Shown here in pieces: positions 22,101 through 31,891 of a stretch of 64,000 nucleotides of DNA. This DNA is from Cyanidioschyzon merolae. Taxonomy: Eukaryota. Made by a program: the position numbers and the translations under genes. Under the pieces are notes generated by a model that worked only from the letters and a program-made list of their open reading frames with translations, did no database searches and had not been told where the DNA came from. The DNA is taken from NCBI GenBank assembly GCA_000091205.1, contig AP006500.2; one strand, given 5' to 3'. The first letter of the stretch is position 1. Every line of letters begins with the position of its first letter.

Positions 22101-23133
22101 GCGCGCTTGCGCAATGACGCTGGATGCGCGGTGGGCCTTCTGTTGCTGTTGTTGTTGTTGTTGTTGCTGCTGCTGCTGCTGCTGACGCGCGAGTCACGGT
22201 GTCCATGACGCTTGCGCCCAGCCGACGGGACGCATACCCGCGTGTCGACGATGTCGTTGACGAGGCGGGCGGTTGTACGCCAACCTCGCACGGCGATGAG
22301 GCATCAGCATCCCCGCAAGCCATGTGGATGCAGGGCGCGTACGCTGATGCGCACAAAACGGCTAAGCAGAGCTGCCACACCTCTCGACGCGTCAGCGCTG
22401 AGACTCCTGTCGTTGACCACCGCGCATCTAGAGCGGACCAAACGGCCTCGTTCGCCAGAGGATCATGATTCGCATTTGTATCCGAGGGTGTCCAGATCAA
22501 GTGTAACAAGAAGGACAAGAGTGCCTCTTCGTGTGTGATGCAGGTATCAAGCGGGTGTAGTTCACAGGAGCGCTTATTCGCAGCGGAGGCGGCTGTGGTA
22601 GGCGTCTGCTCCGAGACCGAATAGGACGCCTCCAGTAAGTCCAAAAACTGTACCTGTTTGAAGCCATCATTCAGTTTTCCGCAAGGTGTGTTCGATATTG
22701 TCGTCAGTTCCGGCACAACGACGGCGCTCGTACGCTGACGCGCAGCATCGCCGCGCTGGCCCAGCCAGCTGGTGCGTCGCGAGGTGTCGGCACCCTCGGG
22801 AAGCTCCCCGGAGACCGTAAAACGCGTCCCTGGTTCCAATACGGCACTCCACGGACCGGACAACGACAACGATGGAGATTCTTCGTAGCTGTCCAGCATT
22901 GGACCCTGTAGGTCTATGTGCGGCGCCTGTACATGCACACTTGCCTGCCGCGCAACAGTCGGGTGGTACTCGGCCCAGGAGCGCAGCGAACGCTCTGCGT
23001 CAGTGCGCGCCGAGGCATTCCCACGTTCCACAGGAGAAGCGACGTTGTCGGTCCGATCATCCGGACGAAAAATGCTGACTGTGATGCCCATGACACAATG
23101 CACCACAACGCTCTCTACGAAGAGCCAAAACAA
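16114..23133 (-). CDS. Giant (2339 aa) protein with C-terminal cysteine-containing leucine-rich repeats (F-box/LRR, FBXL/AMN1-like) and a long low-complexity N-terminal region
   Basis: Repeated CC-type LRR units: LDLSGCSHITDRGL, LSLAGCRSLTDEAF, LDLSSCIHLTDEGL, LDLSQCRLITDAGL, LDLFGAHITDRGMS, LNISQNMRISDAGL. PolyHis (HHDHHHHHHHD), polyS/T, poly-A/Q and P-rich stretches. The ORF is one uninterrupted 7 kb frame. Confidence 0.75.
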   Translation of the reverse strand: MFWLFVESVVVHCVMGITVSIFRPDDRTDNVASPVERGNASARTDAERSLRSWAEYHPTVARQASVHVQAPHIDLQGPMLDSYEESPSLSLSGPWSAVLEPGTRFTVSGELPEGADTSRRTSWLGQRGDAARQRTSAVVVPELTTISNTPCGKLNDGFKQVQFLDLLEASYSVSEQTPTTAASAANKRSCELHPLDTCITHEEALLSFLLHLIWTPSDTNANHDPLANEAVWSALDARWSTTGVSALTRREVWQLCLAVLCASAYAPCIHMACGDADASSPCEVGVQPPASSTTSSTRGYASRRLGASVMDTVTRASAAAAAATTTTTTATEGPPRIQRHCASAPRPEPEDAEYLSNRCCALCSWLQKRFILRMRRDMALIRLCLWSLCAEYQDKDQQMPQRMSVWSASLPLHIGRDSLRLVDDILRSLIPNSSDKPFPVLVGERQHGASLHELKRGGRQHAPNATTLSTLPAPKPCRALDSTPKQPLVAAADAPELPACVDASAAASMAAPVANELPLPEQRSQSSDEALWHRWQQRRTGCLEGLSYDPFQHDLFADGSISVPFETLFDIDALLESLAALVARHTGPALPTDLVSGDLNASGGCSLRTHTARQRQTQETQQLDTQALERKTNIQGSLQECPTNAAAVPNKFSRSISCIHGCSSSRTTCLEARSPPPPPPPLPPRDEDMQRSRSSLQTDTSLDGRRLFINGGFRHATGAGAFSSCSSSGSLQSPNASFTASGSERTNRSTLARESALSLQDFINNERRCRLRASSFTDHKRYRQDAGSASLGGTVRRQQSPRGDRSSPSTGIEAGESARTLCDGSTGVAPLARYPDEGEDPLTTDLDLMERYVEALEEVLESLEASASSVSATGRAASTSVLPYRRSVRYPRCASYPSFGQNPRAHYHQHHDHHHHHHHDRGYDEYDGNEQLQCWALHAMQMPSKPQPGRRFTLLHQRQQALSRAGARHPLLSELLQVLSGSSTGNQGICASPKDGNLLQREASAAAGAAATTASPTGARVLDAASPERSVSRPQRRASLRASLWLASSATTALHSYWMSLASSAGMDAERFHQNDGSRSRHSRPDAATQSSVSEGGFWTRRSGVIPERYPSHRIQSVCAAGSPEIVLVNAHAYRCVPGQTTRSPVACRGYTLLYRWRGTDPLPCMFAADADLHPSASLSRDGERPMPAAAVPLVSSLEREPGMSPTSLGERFATYSPCTASDERQLQSVPAGMLEASPLLQRYGDVVGASASSVCALPAGHVPERRPSSTEATDERFETPRRTSSPSSAGFSSPVTPAVDVHTYRGRIDHAAFIAADSASVRLSVDAAASIERCSDANSPPAELASEAFPRRHAMDALLSTATHQPDAHNSGFAKRTLHAATSALHQLLGAASPLSERARNDAEQDAVAGNSCRGRQCMSGPRSMRTGSGEDAGVARAGQQQAQCALLRLDNSASPNDGPKAGIWQDPLPRNSTWVRVQRLVSSPASGAADSGSEAFCEALLAVNASSHPRVRELVRRTLPPDIGDSVTILGFGAVPASLQTLCAQCFVQYTVDGQHADSHLDRYPQCQSMDAADAVNTFMASSWTAEAHLRQQARALVRLGVDASGMSASLLDGVQRAAAAPAAAAAWDSLPEPLLALCWEAAVASGIATPALLRFYAQRVAPQVTLTAADSGLWPNIGPGLQIRPAPVSLGHRFRVAAPYRTRIRDTWLLALAPAAAGAATLETLDLSGCSHITDRGLIGLAPHLRQLKECILDGCLGIWGPGVRALLRLCSKLERLSLAGCRSLTDEAFQGLASGVARGPCQRTSAGRFALKHLDLSSCIHLTDEGLGALVAALSTPEAKAGDSEDTAIESVATTEASAGLVAPLTTEALLYSSSSNSSSSGTLETLSVAHCFRLGDRSLRPLLRQHRQSLRVVDLSYTRITGAVLQELGALPQLQSLSLCGCGETLSVESDAATRFGEELALPGKQLVHLDLGKCAQLVTDGFLAALAGLASGRRTHHQYNRQQYQQNPAAVERLVHATHGVYSSRDTLRSLSVHGCRLTDRSLSHYVRLFQGLERLDLSQCRLITDAGLEHLQSLKSLRELDLADTNVTSAVGASLLARLRQLRRLDLSYTAVQSNITKSLSTLEQLEWLGLDARLISDDALQVEENEASPEPVSSRDVAAPALSSATVAVHLHRRIGLPRHLRHLDLFGAHITDRGMSYLVQACPYVESLEVCSGALTDAALRLIAQHLPYLRALNISQNMRISDAGLREYARLAQVQQDLGQPHLLETLNLAFTAVTWRGLAVLLPTLPYLRLLCVRGCNKDSFSAVSVQSLERMRPGLVILGAETDQPGS
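22145..22192. repeat. (TTG/CTG)n trinucleotide microsatellite inside the LRR-protein coding region
   Basis: ttgctgttgttgttgttgttgttgctgctgctgctgctgctg. Similar tri-nt runs lie at 20380-20402 (ATG)n, 21090-21115 (GGT)n, 23195-23240 (GCT/GGT)n, 15940-15966 (CGT)n and 17490-17512 (CTG)n. Confidence 0.8.
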
Positions 23134-23605
23134 CGTGTTCCAGAGGTACTCGTCTCGCCGCGGAGCTGTTTGTCACGGCATCCAGTAGTAGAGCTGCTGC
23201 TGCTGGTGCTGGTGCTGGTGCTGGTGGTGCTGCGAGATTGCCGGCCTCGGAGCTGTGGGCGGAGCGCGCGCGCGCCCCCCCCGGAAGTCCGTTGGCGACG
23301 GCGGCGGCTTTGGCTTTGGCTTCGACGCCATGCGGGCGATGCGCAAGCCATGACCGTTTTGTACGCAATTGTCGTGACTAGATATTTTTGTTCTTCGAGG
23401 CTGAGCGGCCGCATGAATCGCCTGTCGATTCGTTGCGTGACGCCCGTACGCAGTCATCACGAATCATGGAACATTTTATGGGTCTGCGGTGACGCCCGGA
23501 GACCGTTCGCTGTATATCCATACAGCGAGCTGGTCTTCCTGGATTATTGATCGTACCATATGAATGTCTCGCACAAGGTGGCGATGCATCTCGCGGAGCC
23601 ACGGA

Positions 23606-25222
23606 TTTATTTTTCATGGAAAGTATCCTGCATTTCAGCAACATATCAGCACGACGTACGCAACGATTCCTTCGAGCGTGCGTTCGATACAGAACCAGTA
23701 GACGCTTTGGAAACAGACGATATTTCCGAAGGTTGATTGAGGCGTTCAGATCTCGGTAAGGAAAGTGCTTGTGCGCTCGGTTGCTGCTGGTGGCAGCAGA
23801 CGCTAGCGAGCCGCTCACTTTCGATTTTTCGCGCCATTCGACTTTCGGTTAACGGTTCGTGCACCAATCTCGGACATCTGTCTCTGTTTCACGCACTGCT
23901 TACCGAGTTGTTTCAAGGTGCAAACCTGCCCATGATTCGTGGACGGCACCCTCAACGCATCGACGGGAATCGTGTAAAATCGATGACTGCACTTGTTGGA
24001 TACGCGCTTATCATAGAATCAGGAGTGCTGGCTCTGCGCGCTCCAGCATGTCCAGCGCCATCAGCTACGATGGGAGAACGCGAGTTATCAGCGATCTCCG
24101 TTTCCAACTCGAAGAATCATTTCGTGAGCACGCGCTCCTTGACGCGATGCTACCGAAAATCGTCGACGACCGCAGCGCGGTCTCATGGACGCACCCTGAA
24201 TACAGCGCAGAAAGACTCGCTTCTCTTAGATACTGTGCTGAGAGCGTCGATATGGATGCGGAAGTCGGTATTCCATTCACTGGCATGCCGCCGGACGCCC
24301 GAAGATAACGAGCCCCGGAAGAATTGAGCAGATCCGATTACTCTCCATCCAGGCGTTGGATCTCTCCTCCGGATGAAGAGGTACAGCGTTGGCCACGGGG
24401 AACCGGCCGTACCTGGAATCGACGATCACCACTGGTCGAAGCACGATTTGCGGAAGACCGGTGTTCGGGATGCGAAGTGCTCGTGCATTGATCCGTGAAC
24501 GCAAACATGACATTTGATCACCACGAAGACGCCTCTGACTTGACCGACGCAGGGAGCATAGGCAGGCACGAGGAGCGGCTCAACGCCAGTCTCAGCTGCG
24601 TAGTTCGTGACCGCTTTTGAATGAGAGAAGCCGACGTTGTCAAAGAGCACGGCTGACGAATGCGTTGCGGAGAAGCCGCAAACGTGCCTCGACCAAGGAT
24701 GTCGTATCGAATGATCCTGTTCGTTTTTTTTCGGATTCGTCAGCGAGCACACCACTGACCCACTGATTCCGGCTCGAGTCGTCGTCACGCGTTCTTGTCT
24801 CCTGTTTACCGACAGAACGCGGGCTTCTCTTTGTGTGCCCCCGTATAACGCTACCGCTTCTCTCTCGAGTCAGACGACTACCCGTGGATCCTGTACCAAC
24901 TGCTCGCATTCCAGGTCGACCCCGATCGCGTACTGATCAACGCGAGACGGTCTCCCGTGGACGCATGCGTTTCACTTCTTCCGGCCGAGTCTCTGCTTTA
25001 ACGCTCGCATCAACGGTACGGAAACTTTACATTCTGTGGCGTTTTCGTGGTGACCTGCCTTTGGAATCGTATAAAGTTGAATCGATTGACGACGAGATCT
25101 TCATGTAGATGGAGCTGGATATGTTCTCTTTCGGGTGCATGACGTCCAGGATACGGACGACGAGATGGACCATTCGTGTGCCTGCTGACGGTAATCCATC
25201 TGACTTGCATCAATAATTCCGT
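23606..25222 (+). repeat. Inverted-repeat copy A (~1.6 kb), nearly identical to the inverted copy at 34537-36146
   Basis: Six-frame ORFs in the two regions encode the same peptides on opposite strands: 23737-24327(+) vs 35435-36025(-) differ at 3 of 196 aa; 24833-25108(+) vs 34654-34929(-); 24426-24788(-) vs 34974-35336(+); 25010-25213(-) vs 34531-34752(+). Boundaries were placed where identity decays. Confidence 0.9.
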
Positions 25223-27070
25223 ACAGCCTCAGATATTCCAGAATCCACTGCACTGGGCGGAACCTGAATCCCCTTGGGATGCTTTTCGTGCTACCGCTGG
25301 CACCCGGAGAACTGCCAACAGCGCCTTCGTAGATACCTCTTTCTTCGACTGACTCCCTACCCGTTTTCTTCCGTCTCGAATAGATCCTGCGACGTGATAA
25401 GTGTGTCGTCGGCAATGATGCAACTGTACTTGACGATGCTGGATGTGCTGATACCGTCGTCTGTGCGGGGCAACGCCTCCGACCTTACCGTGCATGCGGA
25501 GACGACTGCCCAAGGTAGCGGCGTCTGAATGTGCGCTCCGGGTAGCGAGCGCCGGTGCCTCCGCTCTACGGGAGACACACGGTAGCAGTCGGGTGCTGTC
25601 CGTAGCGGTTAAGGGAACTTGCCATGCTGTCGTTTCAGCCAGTGCTGGCTCGTACCTTTACTGCTGCCAACTGGCAGCGCTCTAGTCTCAACTCAGGAGC
25701 TGACGCGCACGCGAGGACGTTCCTGAAGAGAAGCACGTACCCAGCGACTGCTTCGTGTACACGCCGAGCACAACCGAGCCCCACGAGCACCGTCCAGTTC
25801 CTGATGTGTAAGGGTGATGAAAAGCCAGCGTACTTGCGGTTCCCGATACCCGCGTATGGTTATCTCGGCATTTCGAGCGTACTGGCGATTGCGGCAATAG
25901 GTTCTGTGTTCGAGCTCAGCTCCGGGAAGCCGCAGTACGGGGTCGTGTTCACCGCGAGCGTGTTGGCTCTGAGCCTGCCCGGGTTTCTGGCCACCTTCTG
26001 GCTCGCTTTGGAAAAGGGACGAGACGAGTCTGACCAATAGCTTTCAAGGGTTTGGGAGTAGGAGGAGCCCCGCCCTGGCATCGCTTGCAGGCTGGAGAGA
26101 GAGGCGAGCGCTTCACCAGCACGATCGCGTTCGCGACCGAGCTCGCCTCGCGTCTCTTGGCAACGGTTGCGCTACTTTGGCCTGTTGCCGGCAGCAAACA
26201 TGTACCCGTGGGAGTTCTGGTGCCAAATGTCGATCGTATACCATGAACAAATGCGTACGTCGACTTGAATAAGAACGGACTCTGGCTTCTGAGTGGAGTG
26301 GTTTTCGCCTCATCGGAGGCGAGCTGCACAAGCCTGTCGGAAAGGGAGCGGGAATGCCGAGTTTCGTGCCGCCAGCGCAAGTGCACCGTGCGACACGTCA
26401 TTAGATGCAGCCATCAGGGCCTTGACTGAAGACCATGGGTCGAAATACCATGATCACATTCGGGATACAAGGGCTCTACCTGAGTCGCTCGGGTGCACGC
26501 AACGCGCTTGGCGACGACGACGACACCAGCGCACAAGGCGCGACGTCCTGCCACCAAAGGATCGATACGCAGCGCCGCCTTACAGACGTGCATATCTGAG
26601 GAAATACCGCCAATACGAGGGGTCTCTTTACCGAAGATGCATGTCCTGCAGCATGCCTGCACAGGCTGCATTCGTGAAAGGCATGCAGAAAATAGGTTAA
26701 CGGCCGTCAATAGTATGATTGGAAAGGAAGCGAGTTCGCTGAGCATCCCAGCACGAGATCAATGGGTGCGTAGCAGCGGCCTGCATGAACGCTGTACTGT
26801 GCGACAAGCGACGCGATTTGCAGCATCCCAGGTTATCGCTGAGGCCAGTGCCTGGGGTATATGATTCTAGATGCTTTCATCGCGTGGTCTTGTACCATCG
26901 GCGTACTCAGGTGATATGGGTGTTTTCCGGGTGTTCAGTGCCGGAGCGCTCCGTGGCTTATCGGCTGAGCGCCCAGCCAGCCGAATTTGGCGACCTACGC
27001 GATGGCGCCTGTGCGTATGCCCCGAAAGCTTCGCGTACGGAATTCATTGTCTATGTATGTGTTTGTGCTC

Positions 27071-27095
27071 GTACGTGTGTGTGTGTGTGTGTGTG
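27071..27095. repeat. (GT)n dinucleotide microsatellite
   Basis: gtacgtgtgtgtgtgtgtgtgtgtg. Confidence 0.8.
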
Positions 27096-27170
27096 CCCCA
27101 ATGGTGATGTGTGCATTGCGCGAGCGACGAATGACGCCATATCCCGGGGCTTGATCGTCGACCAGCGGAC

Positions 27171-28088
27171 TCAAATAAGATTACGATGCGTTTGTTGGGT
27201 CTGGTTGCAAGTCAGCTTAGCGTGCGTTTGCTGGAGCGCATTGTCAAGAACACGAAGCTCATCGATCCACTCCAACCAGCCGATGTTGTTCCAGTAGCGA
27301 TACTGGAGGCGCCAGCCTCTCCGAACGCCGTCACTGACACTGGCATCCGGATACGCCCAGGCTTGTAGAACCTGTTGTGGGCTCAGCGGCATCGTACGCC
27401 AATGGGCGCTAGCTAGTCCTTCAGCTGTTGGTGCTGGTTCTGCGTTCTTTGACGCGTCTTGCGGAGGTTGCACGCCCATTGCCTGCACCCATTCGAGTGG
27501 CACGCGATAGCCGTAGCAGGCTCGGCAGAGGCCTTCCCCGAGGTATCGCCTTCGAGTCACTTCCATGGCCAGCTGGCGAACGAATTTCTCTAAAGAGCCC
27601 ACACAATCCCAAAAGACATGCTCGCTCCAGTGCATCTCGTGAAGAAGCGTTGTCAGGTTCGACCGCACCGGTCCGTCGAAGGACGTCACAAGCTGCTCAT
27701 TGAGTTCGAGCACGAGACGATCGCCCTCGTGGACTGCCTCCTGCATCCGAGTCAGATTTTCAGCGATACCTTGTAGTGCCTCCTCTATACGCGACGTTTC
27801 CCTTTCTTGCACTTTGTCGAAGGCCGTCCCAGACTGACCCGAGACCGTCACAGGAGAAGCTGTGCCCGGGACGTCGAGGACTTCAAAAACCCAGTGGTGC
27901 TTGCCCAGGACACGAACGGCCTCGATGCACTGGCAAGCCTCTGCTGCGGTTGCAGCGTGCTCGAGTGCCGCGAGATCAGCCTCATGAAATCGTTGACCGA
28001 GAGGCGCAGCAGCTAAAAGAACTCTAACGAGACGGAGCGCCAGACGCAGGGCACGTTTACGCTCAGATCGTTCCCGAGGAGGTCGCAT
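27171..28088 (-). CDS. Hypothetical protein (305 aa) with no recognisable domain
   Basis: Longest ORF in an otherwise ORF-poor 4.7-kb interval. Its amino-acid composition is protein-like rather than the R/A/P-rich profile of GC-driven spurious frames. It lies divergent to the CPR gene. Confidence 0.35.
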   Translation of the reverse strand: MRPPRERSERKRALRLALRLVRVLLAAAPLGQRFHEADLAALEHAATAAEACQCIEAVRVLGKHHWVFEVLDVPGTASPVTVSGQSGTAFDKVQERETSRIEEALQGIAENLTRMQEAVHEGDRLVLELNEQLVTSFDGPVRSNLTTLLHEMHWSEHVFWDCVGSLEKFVRQLAMEVTRRRYLGEGLCRACYGYRVPLEWVQAMGVQPPQDASKNAEPAPTAEGLASAHWRTMPLSPQQVLQAWAYPDASVSDGVRRGWRLQYRYWNNIGWLEWIDELRVLDNALQQTHAKLTCNQTQQTHRNLI

Positions 28089-29589
28089 GAAGCCGCGAGC
28101 TTTTCAACGGTCGATAACAGCTAGGGTTATGGAACGTCGTGCGTCACGCACGCATCGCCTATTCGTTTCGTTGTAATTTCATTGGTAGCTTCAGGTCGAC
28201 GACGCTGAAACGCAACCGGGGCACAAGCAGGAAAACGCCGAGCGCCTGTACGAGCAGTTCGAACACCTCGACTGCGCAGTGGAGACGCGTTGCGGTTTCG
28301 GGACGCGGTTATGGTGTTGGTGCAGGGACCACTACAGTCGCAGAATCGTTGTTTTGGGGAAACGAGAATTGAGGCTCTGCAAAAGCAGTTTGTATTTTCT
28401 ATACGTGTCCAAATGAAACATGAAAGATCTGTTTGAGAAAGAGCGTCACTCATGAGAACAGCGAATCGCGCAACCGCTTACAAACGTTCATCGAGCCAAA
28501 CCCGACCAGCGCAGGAGACGTCTTGCCGAAGCACGGAAGAGGGCGCACGCGATTAGCACGAGTCATTCTCTCTCTGGGAGATGCTGCTGGTGCCAAACCT
28601 GAGAACTTTTTTCGAACGACGAAGGGAAACGAAGTGGATTGGAACTTTTTGAAAGAGAGCGTGAGCGAACGCGGATATTCTCGCTGTGAAAGCTCTATAG
28701 GATCTTCCGAGGAACTAGAGGGTGATCCAGGTCCGAGGCACGGATGTCCAACGTACTGATCCTGAATCAGGCAAAGATGACGATGCTGAAGTCGCCACTT
28801 AGGCAACAGGTACGGTACTGGATCGGCTGCGATGCCCTGGACGTTTCTGCAAACATACCGTTGGCGCGTCTGCTCGTTGCGAAATCGGTATATGAAGTTG
28901 CGAGATGTTTGCATTGCGAAGATGTGCAAACCACCCTCTGAATGAGTTTACAACGCACCAAGTAACTTCAGGCAGGCAGGCAGGCAGGCGTTGGAAATAT
29001 CTGCGCCTGGCGTCACGCGTGCGAAAAGAACACTGCTCCATGGCGCGCTCGATAAACATGGAAGCGGAGCAGCGTATGCCAGGCTGGGATTCGTCGAGCC
29101 ATATTGCCCCGTCAGAGGAGCTGAGATCGATTCCACCGTTGCCAACAGCATCCGGTTCATCTAGGGCAGGATACTTGTATGCAACGCTGCTGCAGCGAAA
29201 GAGGGCGAGATCCTCTCACCTGCATGCGATGCCTCACCTCCGTGCGAGTGCTGTCTTCGCTTGCCGACAAGAGTCACAACTCCGTTGTTTCGCCTGCACA
29301 CAATGCGGATCACCCAGTGACAAGTTGCGCATGTTTGCAAGTACGTGTCAGGGCAGCGGCGTGCTTCTCTGAAACCTGGTGCACCAACGCTCGCTGCGGT
29401 ATTCGCGAGCAGCAACCTGCACTAGCGTTCGCTACTCCTTTCCGTTTCTTCCGCGAATCACAGAGCATTGCAGCATTATTCGGTGAGAATCTATTCTTTG
29501 TACATAAAACGGGCGCCAACAAACCTTCCCAGCGGTCACATATCGATCTGTTGTCCATGGATCAATGACACTCATGCCCTGTAACGTTA

Positions 29590-29745
29590 CGTCTTGCCTC
29601 TAGTGCACCGCCTGCCCACCTAGTTACCTCGCTACCTACGTTCTTACCTACATATTTACTTACCAACATACCTATTTACCTACTTACCTACCTTCTTACG
29701 TATCTACTCACCTATCTACTTCCGTTTGTACCTGCCGATCTAGCT
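29590..29745 (+). repeat. Strand-asymmetric pyrimidine-rich TACCTAC-like low-complexity tract ~180-330 bp upstream of the CPR start codon
   Basis: cctacgttcttacctacatatttacttaccaacatacctatttacctacttacctaccttcttacgtatctactcacctatctacttccgtttgtacc: almost no G, repeated TACC/TACT words. Confidence 0.7.
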
Positions 29746-29920
29746 GCCAGGCCGCCACGTGGATACGTTGTCCAATGGCGGCAGCGATCGACGGCCGATC
29801 GTCCACAAATCGACGGTGGCATTCGTCTGGGGCGCGCGGCCTCACAGCGCGGCGCCTACTGCCTCGTCAACGGCGTTACATTTCTAACGGTTTACGCTCA
29901 CGCTACCAGAGCCACGGATA

Positions 29921-31891
29921 ATGCTAGGTGCAATTCTTCTAATTGCGGCTTTTTGGGTGTTGCTGCGTTCGCTGCGCTCTGTGTGGACAGGTTTCTCAGG
30001 TTCGAGTGCAGCGACAAAGAAGAAACTAAAAGCCGCGAAGAGGAATCGCTTTGAGGACTTTCTCCTCGACGATAAGGTGCGTGCTGGATCGAGTGGCTTA
30101 TCGAATGGCGTTTCCGCTGCCCCAGTTACCGCATCCGACGCTGCAGCTAGCATTATTCAAGAGGCGTTTGAGAACGCTACCACAGGCGGCTTACCTGTGC
30201 TTGTTCTCTACGGAACGGAATACGGCTTTTCCCGTCAGGTGGCGAAGCACGTGGCAACCGAGCTATCGCAACGTCTCCAGGGTCGCGTCTCGCCGCGAGT
30301 GCTAAACATGCTCCACCACGATGTGGTTGATTTTCGGCGTGAACCGATACTGTTGGTGGTCTGCTCCACCACCGGTGACGGGGTCGTTCCGAGTGACGCT
30401 CGTGCGTTCGCAGACCGCCTGGAAGCACGCTCGCTCCCGGTGTCAGCGGATACGCGCTATGGTGTGCTTGCTTTAGGCGACCGCGCCTATCCTCACTTTT
30501 GCCGCGCCGGAAAGCTCCTCTCCGAGTGGTTCCAAACGCTGTGTCCGGGACCAGGTGCAGCGCTCGCCGAAAGGATGGATGTGGATCAGGAAGACTGGAC
30601 AGCCATCAATGCGTGGATTCACGCAGTGGTTTCGGCACTGGAGAAGGAACTGTCGAAGCGCTCCCTGCCTGTCCCGGAATCCGACTATCTTCGAGCCAGT
30701 ATTATGCAAGGAGGAGCCCTGCTTGCCGAATTAGCAAACGATATGAGTCGGCGATATTCGAAAGAGGCACCGTTTCTCGCCCGGATGGTGGTGAAACGCC
30801 TGCTCACGCGCCTGGTGGAGCCCGGTGACAAAGAAACCTATCACATTGAACTAGACATTACTGGGTCAGATCTGAACTATCTTCCAGGGGATGCGCTCGG
30901 TGTGATTCCACGGAACGCTCCCGATATCGTTCGAGAGACGCTGGCGGCGTTGCGTATGCAGGGCTCCGAGCCCCTGGACGACCAAACTTCGGTGCGTCAG
31001 TGGCTCGAGGAGCGCGCTGATCTCAAACATGTACGCGGTTCAGCGCTGATTGCTCTGCTTCGGAAATCTCTCGACAAGAGTACCGCTGCGGACGAGTGCG
31101 AGCTTGCGGATACGCTCCTTCACGACGACCAAACGATGCAAGCGTTTCTCTACGGACGCGAGCTCGCAGATGTGTTGCTTGCGTTCCCATCGGCGCGTTT
31201 GGCGCCGTGTGAACTCACCCAAGTCGTCCGCTCGCTGCAACCTCGCTTCTATTCCATTGCGTCCTCCCCGACAGCACACGATCCGCAGAAAATCGCGCTC
31301 ACTGTGGCCGTCGTACGGTATGCATGTCATGGGCGCAACCACAAAGGAGTCGCAACGTGCTACCTCGCAGATCAGGTCCAGCCCGGAGATCTAGTGCCTG
31401 TGTTCCTTTCGCGCAACCCGAACTTCCGCCTGGTCTCTGATCCCCAGCGCCCCGTCGTGATGATCGGACCTGGTACCGGTGTGGCGCCTTTCCGCGCATT
31501 CACTGCCGAACGCAGAGGTTGCACGGGGCGAACGCTGTTGTTCTTCGGCAGTCGCCATCGTGATCGCGATTTCCTCTACGGAGACGAGTTCGAAGCGTTG
31601 GCTCAGACCGGTCAAATCGAGCTGTACACCGCGTTTTCGCGAGACCAGTCCGAAAAAATATACGTACAACACCGCTTGGTGGAACGGGCTCGTGATCTGT
31701 TCGACTTGATTTGGCGGCACGGCGCCTATATTTATGTGTGTGGAGATGCCGCACAGATGGCGCGTGATGTCGACCACGCCATACGTAAGATATTGGCCAC
31801 CGAAGGATCACTCAGCACTGATCAGGTCGACGCATTCATGCAAAAACTGGAACGCGAGCAACGCTACCAGCGGGACGTCTGGGTGGAGTAA
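29921..31891 (+). CDS. CPR: NADPH-cytochrome P450 reductase-like diflavin oxidoreductase (656 aa) with an N-terminal membrane anchor
   Basis: N-terminal hydrophobic anchor MLGAILLIAAFWVLL. Flavodoxin/FMN domain (VLVLYGTEYGFSRQVAKHV ... LLVVCSTTGDGVVPSDARAF). FAD-binding RFYSIASSP motif. NADPH-binding VVMIGPGTGVAPFRAF and C-terminal YVCGDAAQMARDV ... DVWVE, typical of the CPR/sulfite reductase flavoprotein family. Confidence 0.8.
   Translation: MLGAILLIAAFWVLLRSLRSVWTGFSGSSAATKKKLKAAKRNRFEDFLLDDKVRAGSSGLSNGVSAAPVTASDAAASIIQEAFENATTGGLPVLVLYGTEYGFSRQVAKHVATELSQRLQGRVSPRVLNMLHHDVVDFRREPILLVVCSTTGDGVVPSDARAFADRLEARSLPVSADTRYGVLALGDRAYPHFCRAGKLLSEWFQTLCPGPGAALAERMDVDQEDWTAINAWIHAVVSALEKELSKRSLPVPESDYLRASIMQGGALLAELANDMSRRYSKEAPFLARMVVKRLLTRLVEPGDKETYHIELDITGSDLNYLPGDALGVIPRNAPDIVRETLAALRMQGSEPLDDQTSVRQWLEERADLKHVRGSALIALLRKSLDKSTAADECELADTLLHDDQTMQAFLYGRELADVLLAFPSARLAPCELTQVVRSLQPRFYSIASSPTAHDPQKIALTVAVVRYACHGRNHKGVATCYLADQVQPGDLVPVFLSRNPNFRLVSDPQRPVVMIGPGTGVAPFRAFTAERRGCTGRTLLFFGSRHRDRDFLYGDEFEALAQTGQIELYTAFSRDQSEKIYVQHRLVERARDLFDLIWRHGAYIYVCGDAAQMARDVDHAIRKILATEGSLSTDQVDAFMQKLEREQRYQRDVWVE

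Noticed and set aside
23737-24327. 196-aa and 149-aa ORFs inside the inverted-repeat unit, also present in copy B, considered as a possible transposase
   Set aside because: No recognisable transposase, integrase or RT motifs. The two ORFs overlap each other in different frames. More likely fortuitous frames in a non-coding repeat.
25624-26040. 138-aa ORF with two hydrophobic segments next to IR copy A
   Set aside because: No conserved motif, and the Ala/Arg/Thr-rich N-terminus is typical of spurious GC frames. Insufficient support.
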